Of a stretch of DNA of 64,000 bases, positions 47,830 to 58,219 are shown piece after piece (the stretch's first letter is position 1; every line of letters begins with the position of its first letter). The notes beneath the pieces were generated by a model, which had not been told where the DNA came from, made no database searches, and saw only the letters and a list, made by a program, of their open reading frames with translations. This DNA is from an uncultured delta proteobacterium (GTDB lineage: Bacteria > Desulfobacterota > Syntrophia > Syntrophales > UBA2185). The DNA lies in assembly GCA_963729715.1 (NCBI GenBank), contig CAVSPA010000003.1, positions 160,001 through 224,000 on the forward strand. Direction: 5' to 3'. The translations under genes and the position numbers were made by a program.

Positions 47830-48345
47830 CTATATGCCCCAGAATTTAATGATAAGGAGCAGCGCGATGTTGGCGTACATGCCTGCAACAACATCATCTA
47901 TCACCACCCCATAGCCGCCGGGGAGTCTCTTATGGAAATACCCTGCCGGGAATATCTTGAGAATATCAAAGAAGCGGAAAAGGATGAAACCGATAAACAC
48001 ATGCAAAACTGTCGATGCAACCAGGAACATGGTCCATTGAAAACCGACCATTTCATCGATAACAATGCAGGATATATCCTTTTCGCCGAACATTCTTTCG
48101 GCTCGACCGGATACATAACATGCGAGTGCGGTGAAGGCCACCACAAATACGAAATAGAGTATCCACGACAACCGGGAAAAGGCCAGATATATCGGTATAC
48201 CGACAATCGTGCCGGCAGTGCCCGGAGCAAAAGGGACAAGCCCGCTGCCGAAACCGATTGCAATAAACTTAATTACTCGATTGATCAGAAAGGCACCTCT
48301 TCTTAGCTGAATATGTGACACGTCTATTTTTTTAGGCAGCAACAA
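47830..48345 (-). CDS. pgpA: Phosphatidylglycerophosphatase A
   Basis: APGTAGT; IVIDEMVG; FRFFDILK; VVIDDVVAG. The true start is probably nearer 48290. Confidence 0.93.
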   Translation of the reverse strand: MLLPKKIDVSHIQLRRGAFLINRVIKFIAIGFGSGLVPFAPGTAGTIVGIPIYLAFSRLSWILYFVFVVAFTALACYVSGRAERMFGEKDISCIVIDEMVGFQWTMFLVASTVLHVFIGFILFRFFDILKIFPAGYFHKRLPGGYGVVIDDVVAGMYANIALLLIIKFWGI

Positions 48346-48459
48346 TACCTTCTTTTCATAACCCTGTCAACGGCATTGAAAAACGATTCGGCATCCTTTT
48401 CTTGACACAAAGAGGAATTTTCCCATATACTTGGCTACTATAACTTTTATGCGTGAGAG

Positions 48460-49032
48460 ATGAGAATCAGGATAACAACCGAATCACTTGATACCTTGGG
48501 GCGTGAAGGCTTGGCTCTGGGCTTCTTTCTTGATGAAAGGCCCCCGAAGGGTCACTGCGGCTTCGTGGACTGGCGCCTCAACGGCATGATATCCAGAGAG
48601 CTCGCCCGTGGTCATATCGCCGCAGCATTCATGGAGAAAATCATGATTGCCTCCCCCCCGCGTATTCCCGCCTCCAAAATTTTGCTTCTCGGTATGGGAA
48701 CTTTGGCTGAACTTACTGATGATAAACTTTATCAGGCGGGATATCATCTGTCGGAGATAATGGATAGTATCCTCTGTAATGATTTCGCTTTTGATCTTCC
48801 CGCCGCCGGTCGGTGCCATTTGCCTGTATCTGCAATAACAGAATCAATGATTCGCGGATGTTTTGATTTTCTGTCCCGAGACATTGAAAAATGGGCGACC
48901 TCTTCTACAACCATCATTGCAGATGAGTCCTATCTCGACGACGTTGTCAGCGGTTTGCATAATTTCAGGATCAACGCGAGAGACATATCCATCATCGAAA
49001 TTGAAGGTTCTCCGGAGAAAACAATTATCTGA
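48460..49032 (+). CDS. Stand-alone M17 leucyl-aminopeptidase N-terminal-domain protein
   Basis: FFLDERPPKG...VDWRLNGMIS; KILLLGMG; upstream TTGACA-18-TATACT. Confidence 0.75.
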   Translation: MRIRITTESLDTLGREGLALGFFLDERPPKGHCGFVDWRLNGMISRELARGHIAAAFMEKIMIASPPRIPASKILLLGMGTLAELTDDKLYQAGYHLSEIMDSILCNDFAFDLPAAGRCHLPVSAITESMIRGCFDFLSRDIEKWATSSTTIIADESYLDDVVSGLHNFRINARDISIIEIEGSPEKTII

Positions 49033-49108
49033 TCCCTGCCGGCGCACCTGACCCTCACATACGTTCCCCAATGATCTTCATGGTTTCTTTCCTTTCGAGA
49101 AAATCTTC

Positions 49109-49138
49109 TTGACAATAGAACGATAGTTCTATTAATCT
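49109..49138 (+). promoter_or_regulatory. dinB promoter with an SOS box filling the -35/-10 spacer
   Basis: TTGACA-ATAGAACGATAGTTCTAT-TAATCT. Confidence 0.85.
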
Positions 49139-49169
49139 GCTTCTGTGGAAGAAAAATGGAGGTTATCCT

Positions 49170-50477
49170 GTGAGCGAAATCCTTTTTAGCCTTTATTCAT
49201 GGCCCCAGGCCATTATTCATATCGATGGCGACGCCTTCTTTACATCCTGCGAGGAAGCCATTCATCCGGAGCTTAAAGGGAAACCCATCATCACAGGGGG
49301 AGAGCGGGGGATTGTGGCTTGCGCCAGCTATCCCGCGAAAAGGCTGGGGATCAAGCGCGGCGTTCCCCTCCATGAGGCAAGAGCCCTCTGCCCGGAGCTT
49401 ATCATCCTACCCTCCGACTATGAGACCTACAGCCTTTTTTCCCGGCGGATGTTCAACATCATAAGGCGCTTCACCCCCCAGGTGGAAGAATATTCCATCG
49501 ATGAGGCCTTTGCAGACATCACCGGCATGCGCAGGACCCATCATGCCTCATATGATACCATCACCCTCCGGATAAAAAGCGAGATCCAACGTGAGCTGGG
49601 CATTACCATATCGGCAGGGCTGAGCCTCACCAAGGTGCTTGCCAAGGTGGCTTCCAAGCATAAGAAGCCGGACGGCTTTACCGCCATTCCCGGAAGATTG
49701 ATTGCCTGGTATCTCAAGGACCTGCCGGTAGAAAAGATATGGGGCATAGGTCACGCCACAGCCAGTTATCTGGAGAAAATGAAGGTCAGAACCGCCCTCG
49801 AATTTGCCAGGCTCCCGGAGAGCACCATGGAAGAACGCTTCACGAAGCCCGGCGTGGAGACATGGAGAGAGTTGCGGGGCGAATCCGTATATCCCGTATC
49901 ACCGGAAGAGAAGAGCACCTATGCCTCTATCAGCAAGACAAAGACCTTTTCTCCCCCGACGTCCGACCGGGAATATCTCTTTGGCCATCTTCTGAGAAAC
50001 ATGGAATCCGCCTGTATCAAGGCAAGGCGCTATTCCTTGGCCGCCCGGAAGATCATTCCCTTCCTGAAGAAAAATAATTTCGATACGGCAGGCTGCGAGG
50101 CAAAGCTGACGCGTCCCTCCGTGTATCCCTTGGAACTCTCCCCCCTTCTCCAGGAACTTTTTGACGGCCTCTATGAGGAAAAGGAGATCTACCGGTCCAC
50201 AGGCATCGTCCTTGTTGACCTTGTACCCGATACCCCCGTTCAGTACACCCTCTTTGAAGATCCGCTGAAAGCGGAGAAGATTAGGCAGCTCTATGACGCG
50301 GCCGATACCCTGAGCGGGAAGTACGGCAAGCACACCCTCCACTTGGGCGGCTCGCACGCAATCGAGGTCTTCGGCAAAGGCAGGCGTGGAGCGCCAACGG
50401 TCAGGCAGCAAACCCGCATGTACGGTGAGACGAAGCGCAAACACATAGGGCTACCCATCCTGCACGTAAAGACTTAA
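49170..50477 (+). CDS. dinB: Y-family DNA polymerase IV
   Basis: IHIDGDAFF; ASYPAKRLG; YSIDEAF; AKVASKHKKPDG; IWGIG; GGAGG RBS with GTG start. Confidence 0.95.
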   Translation: MSEILFSLYSWPQAIIHIDGDAFFTSCEEAIHPELKGKPIITGGERGIVACASYPAKRLGIKRGVPLHEARALCPELIILPSDYETYSLFSRRMFNIIRRFTPQVEEYSIDEAFADITGMRRTHHASYDTITLRIKSEIQRELGITISAGLSLTKVLAKVASKHKKPDGFTAIPGRLIAWYLKDLPVEKIWGIGHATASYLEKMKVRTALEFARLPESTMEERFTKPGVETWRELRGESVYPVSPEEKSTYASISKTKTFSPPTSDREYLFGHLLRNMESACIKARRYSLAARKIIPFLKKNNFDTAGCEAKLTRPSVYPLELSPLLQELFDGLYEEKEIYRSTGIVLVDLVPDTPVQYTLFEDPLKAEKIRQLYDAADTLSGKYGKHTLHLGGSHAIEVFGKGRRGAPTVRQQTRMYGETKRKHIGLPILHVKT

Positions 50478-50505
50478 CAGGCCGTTGAAGAATACCCTCC
50501 ACCTT

Positions 50506-51669
50506 TTACTCAAATGCCAATATGGACACCAGGCTGTCAGCTACTGCGAGACCGGTACGGGTAGGCTGCAGATAACCTTCATTTATTTCAATGAATCCTG
50601 CTTTAACGAGTCTTGCCAGGGCATCAGCTTTTTCTGATATGAGATCATAACCATACCTGCAGGAATAATTGTGCAGGTGGATGCCCCTCTTCGTGCGGAG
50701 ACCGAGGAAGAATGCTTCCAGATGCAATTGGTCTCTCGTCAGTATCTCCGAGGAATTTGGAGGCAGCTTTCCCGCCTCGATATCCCTGATATATTCCTCA
50801 AGAGAACTATGATTCCACCAGCGCTTATGTCCCATAAAAGAATGCGCAGCCGGGCCCAGACCGAGGTAACATGTATGGTTCCAGTATTTCTGATTATGCT
50901 TTGATGCGAGGGAAATGTCCCTTGCGAAGTTGGATACCTCATAGTGGACGTATCCGGCATTTTCAAGGATTTCTGAAGTCTTCATGAAGAATGCATGCTG
51001 CAGCTCTTCGTTGGGCAAGACAATTTTTCCCCGGCGATACCGGAGGCCAAGGGGTGTGCCGGCTTCGATGGTCAACTGATAACAGGAAAGGTGCGCTAAC
51101 TTAAGAAATAGTGCCTGCGATACGGTGTCGAGCCATGAAGTCATATTCTGTCCGGGTATGCCATAAATCAGATCGATTCCGATGTTTTCAAATCCGGCGT
51201 TCCCCGCTGCTTCTATAGTATTTAGGGCCTCGCGGACGGAGTGCCTGCGCTTCAGGAATGTCAGAACCTTATCGTCAAATGACTGGACGCCGATGTTGAG
51301 GCGATTGAATCCCAGGTGGCGAAGTGATTCAAGATATTCCTGCGGACTATCTGCCGGATTGATCTCGACGGTGATTTCCGGGTTAGGTGAGAGGATGAAG
51401 GTATTTCGAATATTCGACAGAATGCTGTCGAAGTGCTCTATGGCAAGGAGAGAGGGAGTGCCGCCGCCGATATAGACAGTGTCAACGCGGGTGAACGCCT
51501 CCCGGTACATTTCCATTTCCCCGAAAAGTGCGTGCAGGAATTCGTCGACCATGGTGAAAGAGGTAACCGAATAGAAGTTGCAGTAGGGACATTTGCTTTT
51601 GCAGAAGGGTATGTGAATGTACAGGCCGGGAGTTGTATCTGTTGTTGAGATGTCTATGCTGGATTCCAT
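50506..51669 (-). CDS. hemW: Radical SAM heme chaperone HemW
   Basis: LYIHIPFCKSKCPYCNF; GGGTPS; YEVSNFA; HNQKYW; adjacent to lepA. Confidence 0.93.
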   Translation of the reverse strand: MESSIDISTTDTTPGLYIHIPFCKSKCPYCNFYSVTSFTMVDEFLHALFGEMEMYREAFTRVDTVYIGGGTPSLLAIEHFDSILSNIRNTFILSPNPEITVEINPADSPQEYLESLRHLGFNRLNIGVQSFDDKVLTFLKRRHSVREALNTIEAAGNAGFENIGIDLIYGIPGQNMTSWLDTVSQALFLKLAHLSCYQLTIEAGTPLGLRYRRGKIVLPNEELQHAFFMKTSEILENAGYVHYEVSNFARDISLASKHNQKYWNHTCYLGLGPAAHSFMGHKRWWNHSSLEEYIRDIEAGKLPPNSSEILTRDQLHLEAFFLGLRTKRGIHLHNYSCRYGYDLISEKADALARLVKAGFIEINEGYLQPTRTGLAVADSLVSILAFE

Positions 51670-51739
51670 ATCAAGAGGTTTAGAAAAGTGAAAATTGATT
51701 TCGTGAGGGGTTAATCAAAAATTTTATCATGGTGCATCT

Positions 51740-53536
51740 TCATTCAGTGCCGGACTTCAGGACGGCGAGAAAGGCGCTCTGTGGGATGCTGACCGAGCCG
51801 ATCATCTTCATGCGTTTCTTCCCCTTCCTCTGTTTTTCGAGAAGCTTTCGCTTCCGGGTAATGTCTCCGCCGTAGCATTTCGCAGTTACGTCTTTGCGGA
51901 AAGCCGAGATCGTCGTTCGGGCGACAATCTCCCCGCCGATTGCTCCCTGAATTGCGATTTTGAACATTTGCCGGGGTATTTCATCCTTGAGGCGTTCGCA
52001 GGCTAGAAGCCCCCTGGCACGTGCGCGATCCCGGTGCACGATCTGCGACAGGGCATCCACTTTTTCCCCGTTAACCAGGATATCCAGGAGGACAAGGCTT
52101 CCTTCCCGGTAATCGATCACGTCATAGTCAAAAGAGCCGTAGCCTTGGGTGACGGACTTGAAACGGTCATAATAATCATAGATAACCTCGGCGAGGGGTA
52201 TTTCATAGATGAGTTCCGCCCGCCCGGGACCAGTGTAGTTGATAGTTGAATTCACCCCCCGTTTTTCCATGCAAAGCTTCATTACCGCGCCGAGGTATTT
52301 CTCCGGCATCATCATAGTGGCGCGGATATACGGTTCTTCGGATTTCATAATGGCAGATGGATCGGGATAATGCGCAGGGTTGTCCACGTCTATCACCGTC
52401 CCATCTTTCAAGGTAGACCGGTAACGGACACTGGGAACGGACAAAATGATGGAAAGATCATATTCCCTCTCCAAGCGTTCCTGAACGATCTCCAGGTGGA
52501 GAAGGCCGAGAAAGCCGCATCTGAATCCCTGGCCGAGGGCCACAGATGAATCTTTTTGATAGATGAACGATGCATCATTGAGTTTGTATTTTTCAAGGGA
52601 GACAGCTAGCTCCTCATAGTCATCAGAGGCAATCGGGTAAATGGAGGCAAAGACGACAGGTTTGATCTCCTTGAAACCGGGAAGCGGTTTTTCGCAGGGC
52701 CGGTTATGGAGTGTGATTGTGTCACCGGTACGGACATCCGAAACCGTCTTCACGCCGGCTATGATATAACCTACCTCGCCGGCGCTGAGATTATCGCGCT
52801 CTTGGCGGGTGAGGAGAAAATGACCGACTTCTTCAACCTTGTAAGTTGCGTTATTGAACATGAAACGTACGATGTTTCCCCTTTTCACTGCGCCGTCAAA
52901 AACGCGGCAGTGAATGACCGTGCCGCGGAAAGGGTCGTACTGGGCATCAAAAATGAGGGCGGCAAGGGGCGCTTGCAGGTCGCCCTTCGGGGGTGGAATC
53001 CTCTCCACGATGGCTTCCAAAATCTCTTCGATACCCGTACCTTCTTTTGCGGAGCACGTTAGATGGGTGTCAGGGTCCAATCCCAGCTCCGAGTCGATCT
53101 GTTCGATGACCTTTTCAACATTCGCGGAAGGCAGGTCAATCTTGTTGATGATGGGAATGACTTCCAGACCGAGCTCCATGGCAAGATAGAGATTTGCTAT
53201 AGTCTGGGCCTGCACGCCCTGCGCGGCATCGATCAGGAGAAGGACACCTTCGCATGAGACCAAGGCGCGGGAGACTTCATAGGAGAAGTCGACGTGGCCC
53301 GGTGTGTCGATCAGATTGAGGCTGTATGCCTTGCCGTCTCTGGCCCGATACGGGAGGGAAATCGCCTGGCTCTTGATCGTAATTCCCCGCTCACGTTCAA
53401 TATCCATATTATCCAGTATCTGGTTTTTGAAGGTTCGCTCGTTGCTCACACCGGTATACTGGATAAGCCGATCGGCAAGGGTCGACTTTCCGTGGTCAAT
53501 GTGGGCGATAATGCTGAAGTTGCGGATATTTTCCAT
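51740..53536 (-). CDS. lepA: Translation elongation factor 4
   Basis: IRNFSIIAHIDHGKSTLADR; GFRCGFLGLLH; KCYGGDITRKRKLLEKQ. Confidence 0.99.
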   Translation of the reverse strand: MENIRNFSIIAHIDHGKSTLADRLIQYTGVSNERTFKNQILDNMDIERERGITIKSQAISLPYRARDGKAYSLNLIDTPGHVDFSYEVSRALVSCEGVLLLIDAAQGVQAQTIANLYLAMELGLEVIPIINKIDLPSANVEKVIEQIDSELGLDPDTHLTCSAKEGTGIEEILEAIVERIPPPKGDLQAPLAALIFDAQYDPFRGTVIHCRVFDGAVKRGNIVRFMFNNATYKVEEVGHFLLTRQERDNLSAGEVGYIIAGVKTVSDVRTGDTITLHNRPCEKPLPGFKEIKPVVFASIYPIASDDYEELAVSLEKYKLNDASFIYQKDSSVALGQGFRCGFLGLLHLEIVQERLEREYDLSIILSVPSVRYRSTLKDGTVIDVDNPAHYPDPSAIMKSEEPYIRATMMMPEKYLGAVMKLCMEKRGVNSTINYTGPGRAELIYEIPLAEVIYDYYDRFKSVTQGYGSFDYDVIDYREGSLVLLDILVNGEKVDALSQIVHRDRARARGLLACERLKDEIPRQMFKIAIQGAIGGEIVARTTISAFRKDVTAKCYGGDITRKRKLLEKQRKGKKRMKMIGSVSIPQSAFLAVLKSGTE

Positions 53537-53579
53537 ATTCTATATTTAATAGCCGGCCCTTTTACGAAGCGTCACAGTT

Positions 53580-53621
53580 AAAAAAGCCTTCCGGCATTAC
53601 TGTCTCAGGAAGGCTTTCTTT
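53580..53621. terminator. Hairpin terminator between the HD gene and lepA
   Basis: AAAAAAGCCTTCC...GGAAGGCTTTCTTT. Confidence 0.65.
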
Positions 53622-53747
53622 CGTATTTTGTCTGCTGTAAATTATGATAATATTTTCTGACAGAACTTCCTTTTCGATGTGAGAAGTATAGGAGAAGCAG
53701 TCTCGTATGTCAATATGATTTTAGGCAGATGGTTTAAGATTTTGTAG

Positions 53748-54491
53748 TCAGGATTTTAACTTGAGCATAGCCGTATAGAATTTCATCCCGATCTCGATGC
53801 CGAGGTCAATAAAATCGGGGCCATATATTCTACCCGTTTGGGTGCGGAAAGTTTCCCGGATGCGCTTTATCCCTTCCATGCCTTTCAGGAACCGCGCGAG
53901 AAGGGCATCCAGTGAGGTCTTTCTGTATTCCAGCATGTCCCAAAGCATCTCCGTAAAATTGTCCGGCCCCCAACGGAATTTATCGGCGTCGTAGAGGGCA
54001 TCGGAAAGAAACTGGGCGAGAGGGTCTGCGAGGGTCTCCGCCATGCGAAAAGCCTCGTGATTCCTGATGGCGCCGGTGATGGCCGCAACTTCTGTCTCTG
54101 CGAGGTCGAAGCGGGTAAGAAGCAGTACCGCTTCCCCGGCGCTCGCTCGGGCGTGATCCTTCTCCAGCCGCCTGATGTCATGAAGTACACCTGCCACATG
54201 GGCGAGAAGAACTATCCGCCGGACTTCGGACCTCTTTCGGAAAGGGGCAGACTCTACCAGGGAAATAGCGCCGGCATCGATGGCTACCTTCCTGCTGTGG
54301 CCGATCCCATGGCCGATTCCGCCTTCCCGTTCGCTCACAAGATTGAGGCACTCCCTGACAAGAGGAGAAAACCTAAACAGCCGTCGCGAAGCCTCGACCT
54401 GTCTTTTCTTTTCCGTGTAAAACGCAGGAGACCCTGTGGAGCGGGCAATCCGTCTGGCGAGTCTCTTCGCTTCCTCAAGCTCCCTGTCCAA
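53748..54491 (-). CDS. HD-domain phosphohydrolase
   Basis: HGIGHS; AGVLHDI; DHA; RNHE; YDADK. Confidence 0.88.
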   Translation of the reverse strand: MDRELEEAKRLARRIARSTGSPAFYTEKKRQVEASRRLFRFSPLVRECLNLVSEREGGIGHGIGHSRKVAIDAGAISLVESAPFRKRSEVRRIVLLAHVAGVLHDIRRLEKDHARASAGEAVLLLTRFDLAETEVAAITGAIRNHEAFRMAETLADPLAQFLSDALYDADKFRWGPDNFTEMLWDMLEYRKTSLDALLARFLKGMEGIKRIRETFRTQTGRIYGPDFIDLGIEIGMKFYTAMLKLKS

Positions 54492-54574
54492 ACTTCACCT
54501 TTTGATAGATAACGAATCCACCTTTTTAGGCTTGGTATTTCCTTCGGGACCGACGCATCCGATTTGCAGCGGCG

Positions 54575-54778
54575 TCAACTGCCATGGGCCGGCTGCCAGT
54601 ATTCGCAATCCCGCGAGTTCTCGTTTATCAAGTGATAGACGAAGCGGGCAAAGCGTAAACATTTCTCTTTCTCCATGGCGCCTTCCCCGCAGGCGAGGTA
54701 CAGACATGTTGCGCAGTTGCGGCTGTCCTGATGTTCATTGAGACCTGTCATCTGTTTTAGACTTGATACCATTATCAC
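54575..54778 (-). CDS. Small cysteine-containing hypothetical protein
   Basis: CATC..C..C..C-E-Y-W pattern; overlaps the VWA gene stop; start uncertain. Confidence 0.45.
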   Translation of the reverse strand: MIMVSSLKQMTGLNEHQDSRNCATCLYLACGEGAMEKEKCLRFARFVYHLINENSRDCEYWQPAHGS

Positions 54779-56124
54779 CGGTTATGTACGCGGAGGAGAT
54801 ATTCCACGACTCTCTCCAGATGGCGGAGCGTGCTGCATTCCCGCGCGATGCTGCAGTAGGGGAGATATTTTTTCATCTCCGAATCACCCGATCCCCAGAG
54901 GGAAGGCGTCTCGGGATTGAGCCATATTAACCTCTTGCACCTTTCGGAAATCATCCGCAGCACTTCGGTGTGCGGTTCCGCATAGTTGTTGCGGGCGTCC
55001 CCGAGGATGATCACCGTTGCTTTCTTTGTCAGGCAATCCGAATATTGATCCCTAAAATCAATAAGAGAGCCTCCGTAATCGGTGCGGCCGAGGAGAATCG
55101 GAATACCGGCCCCCGAGCGAAGCACCGCGAGAGCCTCGTGAAGCGGGTGCATTTCAAACAGAGGGCTTACGTCCACAAGGTTTGTACAGAATACGAAGGA
55201 ACGGATGCGGGAGATAACCTCATTCAAGCTGTACAGGATGAGAAGAAAAAAACGCACTACGTTCGAGACAGAACGGCTCACGTCACAGATGACAACGATT
55301 TCCGGGCGATCGATCTTCTTCGATTTCCAATGGGTGTCAAATGGAAGTCCTCCGTAGCTGATGCTCTTTCGGAAAGTCTTCCGGAAGTCCAGGTGCCCTC
55401 TCCGGGCAGTCCTTGGTCTCCGGGAATAGCGGTCCTTCAGGTGCTTTACCATCCTCTGTATAATCTTATGGATGCGGGCTAGATCCCGCTCATCGAGCGC
55501 AGAGAGCCTTGCATTTCTGATGTAGCTCTCGGAGAGCTCATACGATCGCCGCGCGGCGTAGAGTTCGAGTTGTCTTTCAACCAGATTTCTCACCCTTTCC
55601 ATGAGATTGTCACGCATGGATTCCAGGGTCTCCGCCTGATGGAGGGCGTCCTGACCGCCGATTTCGGCAAGCATTCGGATGTCCCTGTTTAGACCCTCCA
55701 GGCCGAGCTCCTGAAAAAGCCTCTGCATGAAAAGGCCCTTCTGCGTCCATGATTGAATGCTGCGGATATCTGCCTTCTCTCCGGCAGCCCTGAGCGCCAT
55801 GGCAAGCCCGCCTACATCGCCTGACATGAATATCTGCGTCAGGGGCGCTTCCCCCTGGAGGGTCGGGGGGAGGCTTTCATTCTTCAGGAGGAAATCTTCT
55901 CCTATAATGTAATCGAGGGCAAAAAAGCGGCTGAAACAGACATCAAATATCTCTTTCTCCGGCATGGACTTGGCGAGTGAGGCAGACAGAAAATCTTTCA
56001 ACAGCCGCCTGTCCCCATAGCCTGACAGTTCCACGGCGCGCAGGGCATCCATCGTTTCCGCGACGGATATCCTCACGCCGGAGCGGCGCAGGGCAGTGAT
56101 AAAGTTCTCCAGAGTGCGATCCAA
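54775..56124 (-). CDS. VWA-domain CoxE-like protein
   Basis: MIDAS-like CDVSRSV; TDYG; ILGDARNN; WLNPE. Confidence 0.9.
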   Translation of the reverse strand: MDRTLENFITALRRSGVRISVAETMDALRAVELSGYGDRRLLKDFLSASLAKSMPEKEIFDVCFSRFFALDYIIGEDFLLKNESLPPTLQGEAPLTQIFMSGDVGGLAMALRAAGEKADIRSIQSWTQKGLFMQRLFQELGLEGLNRDIRMLAEIGGQDALHQAETLESMRDNLMERVRNLVERQLELYAARRSYELSESYIRNARLSALDERDLARIHKIIQRMVKHLKDRYSRRPRTARRGHLDFRKTFRKSISYGGLPFDTHWKSKKIDRPEIVVICDVSRSVSNVVRFFLLILYSLNEVISRIRSFVFCTNLVDVSPLFEMHPLHEALAVLRSGAGIPILLGRTDYGGSLIDFRDQYSDCLTKKATVIILGDARNNYAEPHTEVLRMISERCKRLIWLNPETPSLWGSGDSEMKKYLPYCSIARECSTLRHLERVVEYLLRVHNR

Positions 56125-57069
56125 TCAGTTTGCCTCCCGGAGGGCCTGCTCCGTTAACGCGTACAGTTTTTCTTCGGTGACCCGGATGTCTTCCTGGGCT
56201 TTGAGAAATGTGTTCAATGTGTCCCTGACCATATCCTTATCCAGGGTTTCGGCATGGAGTATGACAAGCGTCTTCGCCCAGTCGATGGTTTCACTTACGG
56301 ACGGCAGTTTTTTAATATCAAGTTTTCTGACCTGGTGTATGAAGGATACCAGTTGCCTGGTCAGCCTCTCCGATATGCCCGGGACGCGGGTCATGACAAT
56401 TTCCCTTTCGAGTGCCTGCTCGGGAAACGAGATGTACAGATGGAGGCAGCGCCTTCTTAAGGCCTCTCCGAGTTCCCTTGTGCTATTACTGGTGAGAAAA
56501 ACGAAAGGCTTCGACGTGGCCTCTATGGTACCTATCTCGGGGATGGAGACCTGGAAGTCAGAGAGAATTTCCAGAAGAAAGGCCTCGAACTCGTCATCAG
56601 ACTTGTCCACCTCATCGACGAGGAGGACTGCCCCGTCCTTCTCCTGGAGGGCCTTGAGCAACGGCCTCGGTTCGAGGAACTGTGGCGAGAAAAAGATGTC
56701 ATCGTATTGGTGAAGTTTCTCGATGGATTCGGCGAGCCCCGTCTCTCCCTCGATGACGCGGTCGAGCTTGTCTTTCAAAAGCTGGGTATAGAGAAGCTGC
56801 TTTCCGTATTTCCATTCATAGAGGGCCTTCGATTCGTCGAGCCCCTCATAGCATTGAAGCCGGATAAGGGGAACTTCCATGAATACAGCGGCCGCTTTGG
56901 CGAGTTCCGTCTTTCCCACACCTGCGGGCCCTTCCACGAGGACAGGCTTCCCCAGGTGGTAAGCCAGATATACCGTGTGGGCGATCTGCGTCGTAGCAAT
57001 GTAGCCCACGTCCTTAAGGCCCCTGCGAACCACCTGCACGGTGGTAAATTTAGTGTCTAATGCGCTCAT
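56125..57069 (-). CDS. MoxR-family AAA+ ATPase (CoxD-like)
   Basis: EGPAGVGKTELAK; RLQCYEGLD; LLVDEVDK; LRRRC. Confidence 0.93.
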   Translation of the reverse strand: MSALDTKFTTVQVVRRGLKDVGYIATTQIAHTVYLAYHLGKPVLVEGPAGVGKTELAKAAAVFMEVPLIRLQCYEGLDESKALYEWKYGKQLLYTQLLKDKLDRVIEGETGLAESIEKLHQYDDIFFSPQFLEPRPLLKALQEKDGAVLLVDEVDKSDDEFEAFLLEILSDFQVSIPEIGTIEATSKPFVFLTSNSTRELGEALRRRCLHLYISFPEQALEREIVMTRVPGISERLTRQLVSFIHQVRKLDIKKLPSVSETIDWAKTLVILHAETLDKDMVRDTLNTFLKAQEDIRVTEEKLYALTEQALREAN

Positions 57070-57081
57070 TTGACTCCTTCC

Positions 57082-58209
57082 TTACAATAATCTTTTCGCT
57101 ATTTTTTTCTGTCTTGACGGGTCTGCGCCTCGCAGCAATTCAAGTGTACGGCAGATATCCTTTGTCATGGTCGCCAGTTCTTCGTCCATGCCGATGCCGG
57201 ACCTCTCCATGACTTGCCTTGTGAGGGACTGGCAGTCCGCCGCCATGGTCCGAAAAGAAATGAGTAATGTCTCAGACTCGCGCTTACCGCCCCTTTCTTC
57301 CATCCGTTTCGCTGCTTCACGGGCCATCCAACGCAGCGTCTGCCGCCGTATCTCCATTTCACCAAGACCTCTCATTACTTCATCAGTCGGCGTGCCGCCC
57401 AGTTTACGGAGGTCCGCCAGCATTAGCTCCACCTGCCGGTGCATGCCCCCCAGGATGGGACCGTTCAAGAGTGCATCCTCCAATGTACGGCAAGGCCGCG
57501 CCATTTCTTCGAGAGCCGTTCCCTCCCTGCCAAGGATTGCAGAGATCGGCACGGAACAGTTTTCCAGTCTGATCATGCAATGGGGGGACGGCCTGAGGAA
57601 ATCCAGTTTCATCGTTTCCGTGACTGTCAAATTCGGGTTATCCCTCGAAACAAGAAAGGCCGTGAACTGTTTTTTCTCTGCGGCCGCACCGGTTACAGCA
57701 TAAACCACAAAGAAGTCAGCCAGGGGTCCGTTGGTCAGATAAGCCTTTTCGCCGTTTAAAATAAAATGATCCCCTTCCCGATGGGCCGTTGTGCCGAGAT
57801 GGCGGGGGTCTGCCCCTGATCGGGGTTCGGAAAAGGCGATGGAGGCCGTAATTAAGCCGTCTGCCATCTTCGGTAGATATTCCGCCCGCTGAGGCGGAGT
57901 CCCGAATTTCCCGATCATGAAACCTGAAGCCAGCAGATGGATAATCCAGGACAGGGCCAGCCCCATGTTATGTCCATGATTGACTAAAGCCTCGCCGACA
58001 AGGACGAGCGCGTCATAAGAAATTCCTGTCCCCCCGCATTTCGTGGTGATCCTGAGGCGGAAGAGGCCTTCGTGGGCCATCTTTCGCCATACATTGAGCG
58101 GGAAATCATCGCTGACATTCATATCAGGCCTGGTCGCAATTTCCTTCCCGGCAAATACGGCCACCTTCTCCAGCAGCGAGGGGATATCTTTTTTATTGAC
58201 TGCGTGCAT
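57082..58209 (-). CDS. Acyl-CoA dehydrogenase family protein (divergent C-terminus)
   Basis: QRAEYLPKM; FSEPRSGAD; LNGEKAYLTNG. Confidence 0.85.
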   Translation of the reverse strand: MHAVNKKDIPSLLEKVAVFAGKEIATRPDMNVSDDFPLNVWRKMAHEGLFRLRITTKCGGTGISYDALVLVGEALVNHGHNMGLALSWIIHLLASGFMIGKFGTPPQRAEYLPKMADGLITASIAFSEPRSGADPRHLGTTAHREGDHFILNGEKAYLTNGPLADFFVVYAVTGAAAEKKQFTAFLVSRDNPNLTVTETMKLDFLRPSPHCMIRLENCSVPISAILGREGTALEEMARPCRTLEDALLNGPILGGMHRQVELMLADLRKLGGTPTDEVMRGLGEMEIRRQTLRWMAREAAKRMEERGGKRESETLLISFRTMAADCQSLTRQVMERSGIGMDEELATMTKDICRTLELLRGADPSRQKKIAKRLL

Positions 58210-58219
58210 CTTTCAACTC

